From contig NC_043012.1 of NCBI RefSeq assembly GCF_006345805.1, forward strand, positions 1,364,001-1,428,000: a DNA stretch of 64,000 bases. Reading direction: 5' to 3'. Of the stretch, positions 38,622 to 52,032 are shown piece after piece (positions within the stretch are counted from its first letter, which is position 1; each line of letters opens with the position of its first letter). A program made the position numbers and the translations under genes. The notes beneath the pieces are model-generated. The model did no database searches and was not told the origin of the DNA. It saw only the letters and a program-made list of their open reading frames with translations. The stretch comes from Octopus sinensis (lineage: Eukaryota).

Positions 38622-38840
38622 ATATCTATATATATATATTATATTGGTGTGTGTGTGTGTGTTTGTGTGTATGTATGTGTGTGTATGTATGTCTGTGTGT
38701 GCGTGTATCTTTATCGTATATCTTTGATATTTTACTGGTTTCAGCCTGAGGTTACGACCATGATGAAGCACGGCTTTTCAGCATGTTATAATTTCTTTTT
38801 TGTACTGTTTTTTCTACTACTACTACTACTACTACACTAC

Positions 38841-38912
<72 letters not shown>

Positions 38913-38920
38913 TCTACAGC

Positions 38921-38965
<45 letters not shown>

Positions 38966-39013
38966 ACTCACACACACGCACGCACACGCACGCACACGCA
39001 CACACACACACAC

Positions 39014-39050
<37 letters not shown>

Positions 39051-39358
39051 TACCGAGAAAATTGTAACCTCAGCAATATGTCATAAGTCATAAACATGAA
39101 AGAAAGAAAAATTTTAATCCCTTCTGTTTCTGAAATCCTCAACTCGTTGAAATCAAAATGCCACCCACTGTTCAAGACATAAACGTGTCGCCGTTAGCAC
39201 TGCTCGAAACTTCCCATAGTCATTCCATAAAACGGGATGAAAGGAGCCAAGGTTACTTCAAATGTTTATAATGTAAGACCTTAGGAAAAACACACACACC
39301 GTGTTTTGAAAAAATGGCATCAAGAGATGGCAGTTGAGTATGTTATAGGTATTCGGTA

Positions 39359-39943
39359 TTAAGGCGGCGAGCTGGCAGAAACGTTAGCACGCCGGGCGAA
39401 ATGCTTAGCGGTATTTCGTCTGGGCTAAACACAGAGAGGACAAACAAGGACAGACATAGGTATTAAGTCGATTACATCGACCTCGGCGGAATTTGAACTC
39501 AGAACGTAAAGACAGACGAAATACTCATTTCTATTTTTTACAACCCACAAGGGGTTAAACACAGAAAGGATAAACAAGGACAGACAAACGGATTAAGTCG
39601 ATTACATCAAATTCCGCCGAGGTTGACTTTGCCTTTCATCCTTTCGGGGTCGATAAATTAAGTACCAGTTACGCACTGGGGTCGATGTAATCGACTTAGT
39701 GCCTATGTCTGTCCTTGTTTGCCTCCTCTCTGTGTTTAGCCCCTTGTGGGTAATAAAGACATAGGTATTTTGTCTGCGTTACGTTGTGAGTTCAAATTCC
39801 GCCGAGGTCGACTTTGCCTTTCATCCTTTCGGGGTCGATAAATTAAGTACCAGTTACGCACTGGAATCGATGTAATCGACTTAATACCTATGTCTGTCCT
39901 TGTTTGTCCCCTCTGTGTTTAGCCCCTTGTGGGTAATAAAGAA
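39359..39943 (+). mobile_element. Composite SINE-B concatemer with internal inversion, flanked by a 14-bp TSD
   Basis: ATAGGTATTCGGTA at 39345-39358 and 39944-39957; + head, inverted segment 39424-39608, then two + units. Confidence 0.85.
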
Positions 39944-40249
39944 ATAGGTATTCGGTAGTATCGTGTTTGAGGGAATCATTTTAAACAAGGTGAAAAGCGA
40001 ACCTTTACAATTAAACTAGAAGGAAGTTACATTGTGCTATGAAATTCGGTTGAATTTCCCCCTCAATATATGCATGCGTATATACATGCATGCATGCATA
40101 CATACATACATGCATGCATATGGTGGCTGCACCCTCATTATCAAGTATGGCCATTGCACGAAGCTTAATCAATGTTATTATCGTGCAATGCCTGTGCAAG
40201 AAAATTTTTTTTAAGTGAGGAAAGGATGTGCACTGAGTCAATCCCACTC

Positions 40250-40672
40250 ACTAAGCAACAGCAGCCATAATCCGAAAGGAAGAACAAGTCAACATCATCG
40301 GTAACCACTGAGCCGCAGGTTTTATGTCGGAGTTATCCCAGTTACCTGAATTACCTTCTCCTAGAAGGATACCCTAACAAAGGCTAGGAGTCCTTCACTC
40401 CCAATGGTTTAACCGCACGATCGGGTATTCAGTCCGATTATTTCTATGTCCCCGCGCATGATACAGCCTTAAGACATTTATTGGATGGCCGTTGACTCTC
40501 AAGAGTTCCTCCGACCTTTGACGGGTTTTGTTTTTCATCCCTCAGGGTGTCCAATAAACATCCTCCTCACCAAGCAAGCTTGGTGGAGTTGCCGGTTTAG
40601 TCGCCGACGACCCGACCATGCAACAGGTTGTACTGGGTTACATGTTACCAGTAGCACTCGAAAGTGACCTGA
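40250..40672 (+). mobile_element. Probable RTE-derived non-coding (5'-UTR-like) fragment
   Basis: CCTTCTCCTAGA...CAAAGGCTAGGAG and GTTTAGTCGCC motifs resemble RTE 5' regions; no ORF. Confidence 0.4.
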
Positions 40673-40796
40673 TATATGCATACATACATACATACATACA
40701 TACATACATACATACATGTATATAAGTATATATGAGAGTAAATATATACATATATTTAGATATAATCATATATATATATATACAATTTTACCACGC

Positions 40797-40845
<49 letters not shown>

Positions 40846-40852
40846 AAGATAT

Positions 40853-40975
40853 ATAGTTGCAGTCGTGGGCTGTGTGGTAAGATGCTTAATTAACAACCAC
40901 AGTGTTCCTGGTTCAGTCCTCCTGAATGACACCTTTGGAATGTGTCTTCTACTATACGCTCAGGCTGACCAAAAA
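40853..40975 (+). mobile_element. SINE family A head, degenerate
   Basis: GGCTGTGTGGTAAG...GGTTCAGTCC...GTGTCTTCTACTATA. Confidence 0.7.
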
Positions 40976-41183
40976 GGGCCATGTAGAAGTCGATGTTGGG
41001 AATCTCGCTACGGGATCACAAAAGGAACGAGAAAATCAGGAACAGAACTGGAGTGAAGGACGTTGTCGCAGAATACAACTACGCTAAGCTACGATATTCG
41101 GCCATTTCACAAGGTCCACAGACAATCGGCGTAGCCATACAGTTTTTGAGTGGTACCCGCACGAACGGAAAGGACCACTCGGA

Positions 41184-41186
<3 letters not shown>
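40976..41186 (+). mobile_element. RTE LINE fragment
   Basis: MLGISLRDHKRNEKIRNRTGVKDV...GHF.R..DNR...EWYP matches the RTE C-terminal pattern. Confidence 0.8.
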
Positions 41187-41241
<55 letters not shown>

Positions 41242-41312
41242 ATATGTATATATATATATATATATACACACATATATGTACGTACATATATATAATTATA
41301 TTATATATATAT

Positions 41313-41731
41313 AGGCGCAGGAGTGGCTGTGTGGTAAGTAGCTTGCTTACCAACCACATGGTTCCGGGTTCAGTCCCACTGCGTGGCATCTTGGGCAAGT
41401 GTCTTCTGCTATAGCCCCGGGCCGACCAATGCCTTGTGAGTGGATTTGGTAGACGGAAACTGAAAGAAGCCTGTCGTATATGTATATATATATATGTATG
41501 TGTATGTGTGTTTGTGTGTCTGTGTTTGCCCCCCTAGCATTGCTTGACAACCGATGCTGGTGTGTTTACGTCCCTGTCACTTAGCGGTTCGGCAAAAGAG
41601 ACCGATAGAATAAGTCCTGGGCTTACAAAGAATAAGTTCCGGGGTCGATTTCCTCGACTAAAAAGGCGGTGCTCCAGCATGGCCGCAGTCAAATGACTGA
41701 AACAAGTAAAAGAGTAAAGAGAGTAAAAGAG
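41313..41731 (+). mobile_element. SINE family A, full length, near-consensus
   Basis: Intact A/B boxes, hairpin tail and (AGTAAAAG)n. Confidence 0.95.
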
Positions 41732-41897
41732 TATATATATATATGTATACACACATATATATATGCACATATGTATATGTGCTTATATATAATCATATAT
41801 ATATATATATATAATATATATGTATGTACATATATATGTGCATATATATAATTATAATTATATATATATATATTATATATATATAATATATTATATA

Positions 41898-41934
<37 letters not shown>

Positions 41935-41949
41935 ATATATATATAGGAA

Positions 41950-42265
41950 CACTCCATCTGTAACGACGACGAAGTCCCAGCTGGTACGATCAACGGAAAA
42001 CAACTTGCTCGTGTAATTAACACTCAAGTGGCTGAGCACTCCACAGACACGTGTACCCTTAACGTAGTTCTCATGGGAATTCAGCGTGATACGGAGTGTG
42101 ACGAGGTTGTCCCTTTGAAAATACTAACCGTTTTTGCCAGCTGAGCGGACAGGAACAACGTGAAATAAAGTGTTTTGCATAAGGAAACAACGCGTTGCTG
42201 GGAGTTGAACTCACGACCTTACGATCGTGAGCTGAATACCCTAACCACTAAGCCACGCTCCTTCA
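41950..42265 (-). mobile_element. SINE family C, full length
   Basis: Head TGAAGGAGCGTGGCTTAGTGGTTAGG...GTGAGTTCAACTCC, core ACTTTATTTCACGTTG. Confidence 0.85.
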
Positions 42266-42365
42266 GTAATTATTCTATCGGAATCTTTTGCCAAACCGCT
42301 AGTTTACGAGAACGTAATCACACCGGCATCGGTTGACAAATTATGGGGGAGAGTGTCAAGCACAA
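42266..42365 (-). mobile_element. SINE family A fragment
   Basis: TATTCTATCGG...GCATCGGTTGACAA. Confidence 0.7.
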
Positions 42366-42386
42366 AGACACACACACACATTTTTA

Positions 42387-42439
<53 letters not shown>

Positions 42440-42494
42440 GTATATATACTGCTGTTGCACTAATATGAAGAACATTGTAACTAAAGGTCACTCT

Positions 42495-43155
42495 TAATTA
42501 TCACTATCGCGACCCTGAAGATTGCCCACTTGACCTGGCGTGTATGATATACTCCCTCATATATGAAACTGAAGCTACAGCTGCGCTCCAAGACAAATCA
42601 GTTGAAAAGAAAAATTACATTGAGTTTGGTGAGGCTGGTTTCAAGGGACGTTATGCACATCGCCTATCGTTTTTCGGTACATCGATGAAAATAATGCAAT
42701 TAAATTTGTTAGCCACGTATGGAATCTGACGGGCAGCTCCACACCAAATACACTTAAGTGGAGAATAGTGGAGAGATCCAAACCATACGTTAATGGATCT
42801 CAGAAATGCAGCTTATGCATAGCAGAAAGATCTCATATTCTTCCTCAATGCAGCAATTCCAACACACTGCTAAATTCGAGATCTGAAATTTTTTAACAGG
42901 TGTAGACACACGCACAGGTTTCTTTTATCGATGTGGAGGGCACCATCCGCTCTGAACTGAGTCTTGCAGTGTTTGTTTTGCTAAACTAAGTAAAGTATTA
43001 AATTATAACATCCATGAATTCAGAGCCCAGTGCAGTGTACGTGGGTGTCTTTTCAGGACATTGTCTTGTTTAAAAAGCCACATCAGATGGTATGACGGTG
43101 CCAACGTGTAGGTGCAGGAGATGGTCAAACGCTGCATAAGGAGTAGACAACCACC

Positions 43156-43156
<1 letters not shown>
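42495..43156 (+). mobile_element. Penelope-like element remnant (GIY-YIG endonuclease and 3' end)
   Basis: CPLDLAC...LIYE...KNYIEFGE..FKGRYAH..SF / HVWNL..LKWRIV...PY...KCSLCIAE...LLNSRSEI / CRH..RFLL is the PLE GIY-YIG C-terminal pattern; frameshifted. Confidence 0.8.
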
Positions 43157-43243
<87 letters not shown>

Positions 43244-43250
43244 GTATATA

Positions 43251-43283
<33 letters not shown>

Positions 43284-44368
43284 TTATGTATATGTATATA
43301 TGTTATATATATATATATATACTCATGTATGTATACATATATTTATACAAACTTGCATATATACATGCATGTATATATATATATATATACATGCATACAT
43401 ACAACCATGCATACATACATACATACATACATACATACATACATACATACATACATACATACATACATACACACACACATTCATATACGAGCATATGCAG
43501 ATTTTGGCATAATCTTTTATAAATGTATTTACGATTAAATAATTAAAAGCGCAAAAATAATTACTGGAATCATGAATGAGTACTAAAAATAGCGAAGTGT
43601 TTCTAATTTAGTAACTAAAGAAGAAGAATGTTATGAGGAAATTTCGGTGAAATTGGCTTTTCGAACTTCGAAGTTACACTTATCTCCATCAATAAATATG
43701 TGTGCTTCTATGTATGTACATAAACACATTTATAATGCTTCACATGCAGCCAAAAGCCAATATCTGAAACTACGACACCAGTCAATTCTAGAGCTGCAAA
43801 CACACAGATTTTTATATGTGGTGTGTGTAGAAAAAGGCTATACAATGTTTTAGTGGTACGCCTTATTTGAATACATTAATACTGAAATAGCCTAAGTAAT
43901 TACAACACTGTTAGCCGAATAAATAACATAACATCAAAGGTTATATAAAAACAAAAATGGAAAAGACTGAAAAATACGAAAATAAAAATAAATTAGCAGA
44001 AAATTTTGGTCGTTCTTGGATGGGGCTTTTTTGGATTTCTATTATATTTCTGTGTTTGTTTTGTTAATATTTTTGTGTGGCGGGTAGCAATGAGATAAGT
44101 GCGTTTCAACGTTCTGAAATTTCTCATTTGCAATTTGTTTTATGATGTTCGTAGTTGCTTGTTTTCGCAGTGTATGGGGGCTAATTTGTATCATAAAAAG
44201 AAGTTATTAAAAGTTTGAAAGGCGTTTGATTATCAGAGAAAATTTATTGCCTTCATTCATCACACAACATGGCCTCTGAAAAATGAGGGAGAAAGATAAT
44301 GAAGAAGCAGAGAAAGGAAGCTACGTATATGTCTGCATGTGTGTGTATGTGTGTGTGTGTGTATGTGT

Positions 44369-44404
<36 letters not shown>

Positions 44405-44636
44405 ATATATACATAATGTACACATTGCGAAAGAGAGTGATTGGTGTTAGAGAGGAATTTGTATAGACAAACTGAAGCTAAGACAGATAGAGAGAGGGGG
44501 GAATCGGCGGGAAGGAAAGAGGAGAAGACACAGATTAAGTGACTCAAGTATAGAGATAAAGACAAACAGACAGGAACCTATATATATATGTGTGTGTGTG
44601 TGTGTGTATACACACATATATATATATATACATACA

Positions 44637-44676
<40 letters not shown>

Positions 44677-45059
44677 GAGAGAGAGGGAGAAACTTACGGA
44701 GGTGAACAAGAAACGCACACATGTATACACCCATATAAATTCATACACAACCAGAAACCGTCGCATACACAGACCCCTTCATTTAACATACAACCTTATA
44801 ACCGTTATCTTCACCATACAACTCGCTATAAATTAAGGTTTTCATTAGTTATTGTTTTTTTTTTTTGTTTCTCAAATATTTACCGCAAAGACACTATTTT
44901 ATTTAATTATTCAATTTTAAAAATCAAGAAATAAAATATTGCAAAATTTTCTGACGATATCAACTTTCTGAAACTAGTGCCGATGTTTAATATTATAATA
45001 ACCGCAGAGAAAAAATATACATACATATATACATACATACATACATACATACATACATC

Positions 45060-45106
<47 letters not shown>

Positions 45107-45644
45107 AGGAAAATTAAACGACACAATGCTTGGTTTTTGTTATTTGAATTTATTTGAACATTTTTATTTATAATTTTTCTGTGTGTCTTGATTTTTAATC
45201 AATAAGCTATAAAGGTATTGAAACAACGATGCTGATGAGAGCAATGCACATTGACAATTACAAAAACGGGCACACATACACATTTTGATAGAAAGGCATA
45301 CACGTATATACGCAAATTTATACATATACTTATATATATATATTATATAATATTATATATATATATATTATATATATGTATACGAGAAGCATATAAGCAT
45401 ATACATATACGTTCCATGTTGATATATATATGATAGATAGATATATACATACATATATGTATAAACATATACATATATAATATATAATATATATATATAT
45501 ATAATATATATGCATATATAGTACATAATTTATATATATTATATAATATATTACAATATATGGACAGACATGTAATATATATATGTGTGTGTATGTATAT
45601 ATATTATATATATGCATATCTATATATCTGTATGTATCTCTCTC

Positions 45645-45694
<50 letters not shown>

Positions 45695-46241
45695 TATATA
45701 TATAATATATTATTCTATAAATATCCACATACTCGCGCCCGCCTCACACACTTGTATACGTAAACGATGGAAGAAACGTTAATACAATTAATACACATAG
45801 TATAACGATAGACCATCAGAGATTAAATTTCTTCTATTTTTTTCTCTCTTTTCCATTTATGGTTGCCCTTAAAAATTTTTTTATTTATTTCATCGCAAAT
45901 TTATCTTGTATATGGATATGATTACCTGGAAAACTATATAAAATTGTATGAAACAAGTAGTGAAATTAAGATGGCGACTGAGTTTATTAGAAGTAATTAC
46001 AGGGGTGAAACAAAAATGCGGTTATAATTGAACTATGTTTAATTACAACTATTAATTATTTATGGAACATAGTTAATTATTAAGCCTGGTCTAATTAGGA
46101 AAGCATCCTATGCACCTTACAAACAGATACGTTACATTTATAATTATTTAAAAAAGAATGTATATGTGTGTGTGTATGAAGAAATTTTATATACATCCGC
46201 ACGGAAAACACACGCATACAGATACATACATACATACATGC

Positions 46242-46272
<31 letters not shown>

Positions 46273-46592
46273 CACACATATATGTATGTATGTATATGTA
46301 TGTATATATATATATGTGTGTGTGTGTGTGTATGAGTGTGTATCTGTCTGTCTGTGTGTATATATATCTATATGTATATTATGTATATAAATATATTAGT
46401 GTATGTATATGCACATATACTTATATGGGTATATATTCATATATACTCGTTCGATGTGTGTAAATGCATGTATAGACACACACAAACTCTTGATTTTCAT
46501 ATCCATCACAGAAACTCATCTATCAAGAAATGTCACATTGTCTCCTCAGAAGACGTTTTCTGAGGATTGTATATTTAAGTGTATACTCTCTC

Positions 46593-46789
46593 TCTCTTTA
46601 CTCTTTTATTTGTTTCAGTTATTTGACTGCCGCCATGCTGGAGCACTGCCTTTAGTCGAGCAAATCGACCCCAGGACTTCTTTTTTGTAAGCCTAGTACT
46701 TATTCTACCTAGTACTTATTGCCGAACCGCTCAGTTACGGTAATCACACCACCATCGGTTGTCAAGCAATTTTGGGGGGAGGAACACAG

Positions 46790-46824
<35 letters not shown>

Positions 46825-46971
46825 CATATATGCGACTGGCTTCTTTCAGTTTCGTCAACCAAATTCACTCACAAGGCTTTGGTCGGCCCGAGGCTATAGT
46901 AGAAGATACTTGCCCAAGATACCATGAAGTGGGTCTGAACCCGGAACCATGTGGTTCGTAAGCAAGCTACT
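46593..46971 (-). mobile_element. SINE family A, 5'-truncated
   Basis: Tail, microsatellite and body present; A box missing. Confidence 0.88.
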
Positions 46972-47436
46972 TTATTTCATAAAAAATTGCCATAAAGGCA
47001 TTACAAAGTGTAGCTGCGGGCTGGACATATACATTGATGTGGTGAATGATGAAATAAGGATGATATTGATGAGAGAAGGCAAAAACGACCACCGATTTTC
47101 TTCTTCCCTAAAACATTGCTTTTTTTTTTTTAACAGAATAAACAAAGCGAGGTGTTGAACCTCTCACAACAGTTTTTACTGTTTTTCGACTTAATAGTCC
47201 ATTACAAATATTAACATGCAAAATATATTCAATATACAATCAACACTAGTCCGTTTACAAATGAGGAGCTGGGCTTCTTACACTTTATAACAGTGAGGCC
47301 TTTCAACCACTTGTCAATTTTTCACCTCAAAGTGACATTGAACATCTTACTACGGTTCGTATAATTATTGGACTTAATAGTGAATAACATGCAATATTAT
47401 ACAATGAAATATTCAATATACAATCAACACTAGTCC

Positions 47437-47475
<39 letters not shown>

Positions 47476-47697
47476 CATACTGGGAGAAAGGAAAGAAACG
47501 AAACGAAACGATGCGAGGGCGCTCAGTCATACAATAATGTAATAAATAAAATATATGCATACATACATACATATATGTACGTACCTACATCTACATGTAT
47601 ATATACATGCATATATAAATATATATATATGTGAGTACAGGACACCACAAATAGACGTAGAACTCAACGAGAAACGAAAACATAAAAACATATAATA

Positions 47698-47728
<31 letters not shown>

Positions 47729-48200
47729 GCGAGGGACTGTGACCTGATTTCTCCCACCAAAAATCGACACTTTGTCATAGAAATTAAATTAGACGAGACA
47801 AAAACTTTGCTAAGACCTGTTATGTTAATGTTACCAGCATTATTATCAATATCTGGCACCCGTGTATCTTATGCAACTTCTCTTTTTCGCAAACTCTCGA
47901 CACGTTACTGAGACGTCCTCCAATCTTTTGTCAGATTTTTCCGTAAATCGAATGCCAGCGTATCATATGTAAAATGCTAATATTTATAGATAGAGTAAGT
48001 TAACTGATGTTCAGAGTATGAGAGAATAAACACAACTGAAGACAATACGTTATGATTTACGCCTTTACGTCTGGAATTTTCAAGAAAAATTAACGTTTCG
48101 TTAATATGTCTAAGTTGAGGTATAATTGTGAAACAGAGTCAGAGCAGAGAATTAGATTTATAAAAGAGTATCAAATCCATTAAATGAGTTGATATTTATA

Positions 48201-48588
48201 TCTCTCTCTATATAAAGCTGAAGTTGTCTGTGTGCGCCAGGTTTGGTAGCCTTCAACTAACACTATCTTCTTCGAGACCCTGCGGCGCAAGTTGACCAAA
48301 ATTGAGAGTATGATGGAAGGGTTGCTCTTCCTTCCGTAGAAGATAAAATTCAAATCGGACCATGTTAACACCAAAAATTATTTACATCAAAAAGGTGCTT
48401 TTTTCTATGAAAATCCCTATTTTTTACGATTTTTTCACTCCTGTGTCGCCACTTTTCGGTGTATTTCAACCAGAAAAATGTTCACTTGAAGAGAATAACA
48501 CGCTACATAATGCAAAATTTTTACTTTTCAAAAGTTCCAATTCCAGCGAGTCGAAACGAACCCGAGCAATGCCGGGCGATACTGCTAG
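48201..48588 (+). mobile_element. Non-autonomous Helitron
   Basis: A|TC ... CCCGAGCAATGCCGGG hairpin ... CTAG|T. Confidence 0.85.
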
Positions 48589-48949
48589 TTATTCACACAG
48601 CCATATCATAATTGATAATAAATATACATGATGAGACAATGTTTTTAAATATATTATCACATCGCTTCTGGATAGCAAAAGAATTTCACCTTCGTCTTCC
48701 CTTGAATACTAATTGCATAAAGAAGAGCACAAAATTAAGTCAATTTGTGTAAATAACAACATGTATTAAAGTAAATATAGACTGGATTGAAATATACCAT
48801 AAAATAAGACTATTTACTCAGCAAGTGTTAAATAGGTCAAGCTGTTTGTGAAATAGGTCATTTATGAAGTAGGTCATCGGATATGTAATATATGGTTTCA
48901 TTTTCGGTAAGTTAAATGTTTCTTCAATGATGTCAGTTAAGAACAAAAA

Positions 48950-49105
48950 TGTCGTCTCTATGGTTAGAAAGTTTCTTCCGACACCATTTTTCCGCATTCG
49001 GATCCAGAGCGCGACACCGAAGGCAAGTGTCTTCTAGATTTAACCCCAGGCCGACCAAAGCATTTGAATGAATTTGGTAGAAGGAAACTGAATATAAGCT
49101 CCCCT
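48950..49105 (+). mobile_element. SINE family A head/body, degenerate
   Basis: GGCAAGTGTCTTCT...GGCCGACCAAAGC...ATTTGGTAGAAGGAAACTGA. Confidence 0.6.
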
Positions 49106-49409
49106 GTATCTGTGTGTATGCGTGCGCGTGCGTACATGTGCGTGTGTGAATACAACTGTGTGTGTGAGGTTTGTATATATATATATATATATATATATAT
49201 TTAGTTAATCCAAACAAGAAAACACAGAAAAAAAGAGAAAAAAACAGCAACGCGAGGACGTGGAACAATTACATATATATATATATATGAATGTATGTAT
49301 TCAGAGATGGAGAGAGAAAGAGAGGAAGAGAGGGGGATAAAGATAGATAGATAGATAGATGAAGAGATAAACATTCGTGTGTGTATCTGTGCGAATATCT
49401 ATGCGGATC

Positions 49410-49858
49410 TAAGGCGGCGTGGTGGCAGAAACGTTAGCACGCCGGCCTTAGCGGTATTTCGTCTGCCTGTCTTTACATTCTGAGTTCAAATTTCGCCGTT
49501 CATCCTTTCGGAATCGATAAATTAAGTACCTATTTCTTTATTACCCACAAGGGGCTAAACACAGACGGAACAAACAAGGACAGACATAGGTATTAAGTCG
49601 ATTACATCGACCCCAGTTCGTAACTGGTACTTAATTTATCGACCCCGAAAGAATGAAAGGCAAAGTCGACCTCGGCGGAATTTGAACTCACAACGTAACG
49701 CAGACGAAATGCCGCTAAGCATTTCGCCCGGCGTGCTAACGTTTCTGCCAGCACACCGCCGATAAATTAAGTACCAGTTGCATACTGGTTCGATCTAATC
49801 GACTCGCCCCCTGCCACCAAAATATTTCGGGCATTGTGGCTGGAGTAGAAAAGAATAT
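49410..49858 (+). mobile_element. SINE-B host copy containing an antisense SINE-B insertion (49531-49759) with 16-bp TSD
   Basis: CGATAAATTAAGTACC at 49515-49530 and 49760-49775. Confidence 0.9.
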
Positions 49859-50154
49859 ATATGCGTATCTGTATGTTTGCTTCGCTCTTCCTCTTCCGGT
49901 TTCCCTTGCATGTCCCCAATCCAATGAATGAAAGAGACAAGTCAATGCTAAGCGATAAAAGATAAAATATATTTCTGTTTGCATAAGATGGCATTTTTGC
50001 AGAACTTTTGCGGTTCTTGTGATTACGCAGATGGTGTGGTGGGCGTTACCACTGTCGTTTAACCCCATGTTAGTACCGATGAAAATAATTGCTTGCACCC
50101 CTCACAATCTCTTCTTTCTGTATTTCTGTGTCTACACGTAAAAATGTGTCTTTA

Positions 50155-50462
50155 TTGGGTTGTCCGGAAAGTTCTTGCCGATTTTTAAAGGGAAGAAAAA
50201 GGTCAATAAATACTTGCCATTACATTTTTAATCAACCAAATATGAACCATTTTGTTGCACAATGCGTCTCCATCTTTCCTTTAACTTGAAAATACCCTCT
50301 TCCCAGAATTGAGGTGGTTTCATGGCAAATAATTCATCAAGGTATCTTTTTATGTCATCCAAGGAAATGAAATTTTTACCATTAAGACTATTCTGCTGAG
50401 ACCTGAATAAGTGGAAATCCGAAGGAGCAATATCTGGTGAATATGCAACAGAAGCAACTTCT
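50155..50462 (-). mobile_element. Mariner (Tc1/mariner) transposon 3' fragment with TIR
   Basis: AYSPDIAPSDFHLFRS...FWEEGIFKLKERWRRIV..NGSY is the mariner transposase C-terminus; TA followed by TIR TTGGGTTGTCCGGAAAG. Confidence 0.9.
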
Positions 50463-50790
50463 CTGAACATGACGTAACGAGAAAATCTTAATATGATGGT
50501 TCGGTGAAGGGTAGTAGTCCTCCTCCTCCACCTCCTCCCCTCCCAATTCCTCCACCGCCTCACGTCCTCCTCTACCTCCTTCTACTAATTTTGCCGCTGC
50601 TGCTGCTGCTACTACTACTACTACGACTACTACCACTACCACCACCACCACCATTAAAACTACTACATCTAATACTACAACAAAACTACTGCTACTACTA
50701 CTATTTCTAATGCTGTTGCCACTACTACCACTTGCTAATTGTAGTATAGTACTGTTAGTATTAACAGCAGCAGCATAGTAGTAGTAGTAT

Positions 50791-50825
<35 letters not shown>

Positions 50826-51027
50826 ACTGCTGCTGCTCGCCGTACAAGAAGCAATAGCCAAAGCTGCCTCAAATTACATCATTAACAGTCTTGAATAAAA
50901 GACACATTGGGCAATGTACTGAGACCCGGAAACGTGAAAATTTTGGAATGTTCCCGACTGGAACATCCACGAAATCACAGACTTCAGCAGGCTGGGGTCA
51001 AATAACAGCAACAGCAGCAGCAGAAGT

Positions 51028-51061
<34 letters not shown>

Positions 51062-51452
51062 CCTTCTGCTTATATAACTATGGTCGTTAGCATTAACTTC
51101 TACGTAGAGTAGCACCACCACAACCATCACGACTATAGACACCTCCATCATCATCATCATCATTACATTATCATCATCTCCATCACCACAGCCCTCACCA
51201 TCCCCGCTACCTACACACCACCATCCTACTCCATCACCACCACCACCACCAACACCACCACCGCTACCGCTGCCGCCATAACCCATTTAGACCATGTACG
51301 ACGGAACGAATTTACCGTCAACACAACCTTCTCTATGGACATGTTGAGTACCTTCTTATCACTCTTTTACCTTTACCAAAAGTAAAGCCAGCACAACCAT
51401 CACTACCGCTACCATTAGCGACGTATCTAACTACCAGCAGAATCATCATCAC

Positions 51453-51497
<45 letters not shown>

Positions 51498-51503
51498 TAT
51501 CAC

Positions 51504-51541
<38 letters not shown>

Positions 51542-51878
51542 GCGACGTATCCAACTACCAGCAGAATCATCATCACCACCATCATCCTCACCACCACCAC
51601 CACCACCACCACCACCACCATCATCATCATCATAATCATCATCATCATCATAATCATCATCATCATCATCGCGATCATCATCATGACCATCATCATCCTC
51701 ATCGCGATCATCATTATCAATTTCCACGCTGCTGGTGGTGGTGGTGGTGCTGCTGCTGCTGCTACTACTACTACTACTACTACTACTCATTTTTCTTTTT
51801 GCTCTCATTTCAACTAACCAACACTACCACCATCTCCACCATCATCGCCATCATTTCCTCCTCCACCACCAAATGACC

Positions 51879-51927
<49 letters not shown>

Positions 51928-52006
51928 TCGTCATTTGCGATATATTCCTTCTCGCTCCAACATCTCTTTGTGTGACATCAATCCATGAACAACAGCCTAC
52001 ACGTCA

Positions 52007-52032
52007 CCCTAACCCTAACCCCAACCCTAACC
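52007..52032. repeat. Short interstitial (CCCTAA)4 telomere-type repeat, one unit imperfect
   Basis: CCCTAACCCTAACCCCAACCCTAACC. Confidence 0.6.

Noticed and set aside
47187-47442. Two related ~60-bp AT-rich segments (ATATTCAATATACAATCAACACTAGTCC)
   Set aside because: A real but minor local duplication with no functional signal.
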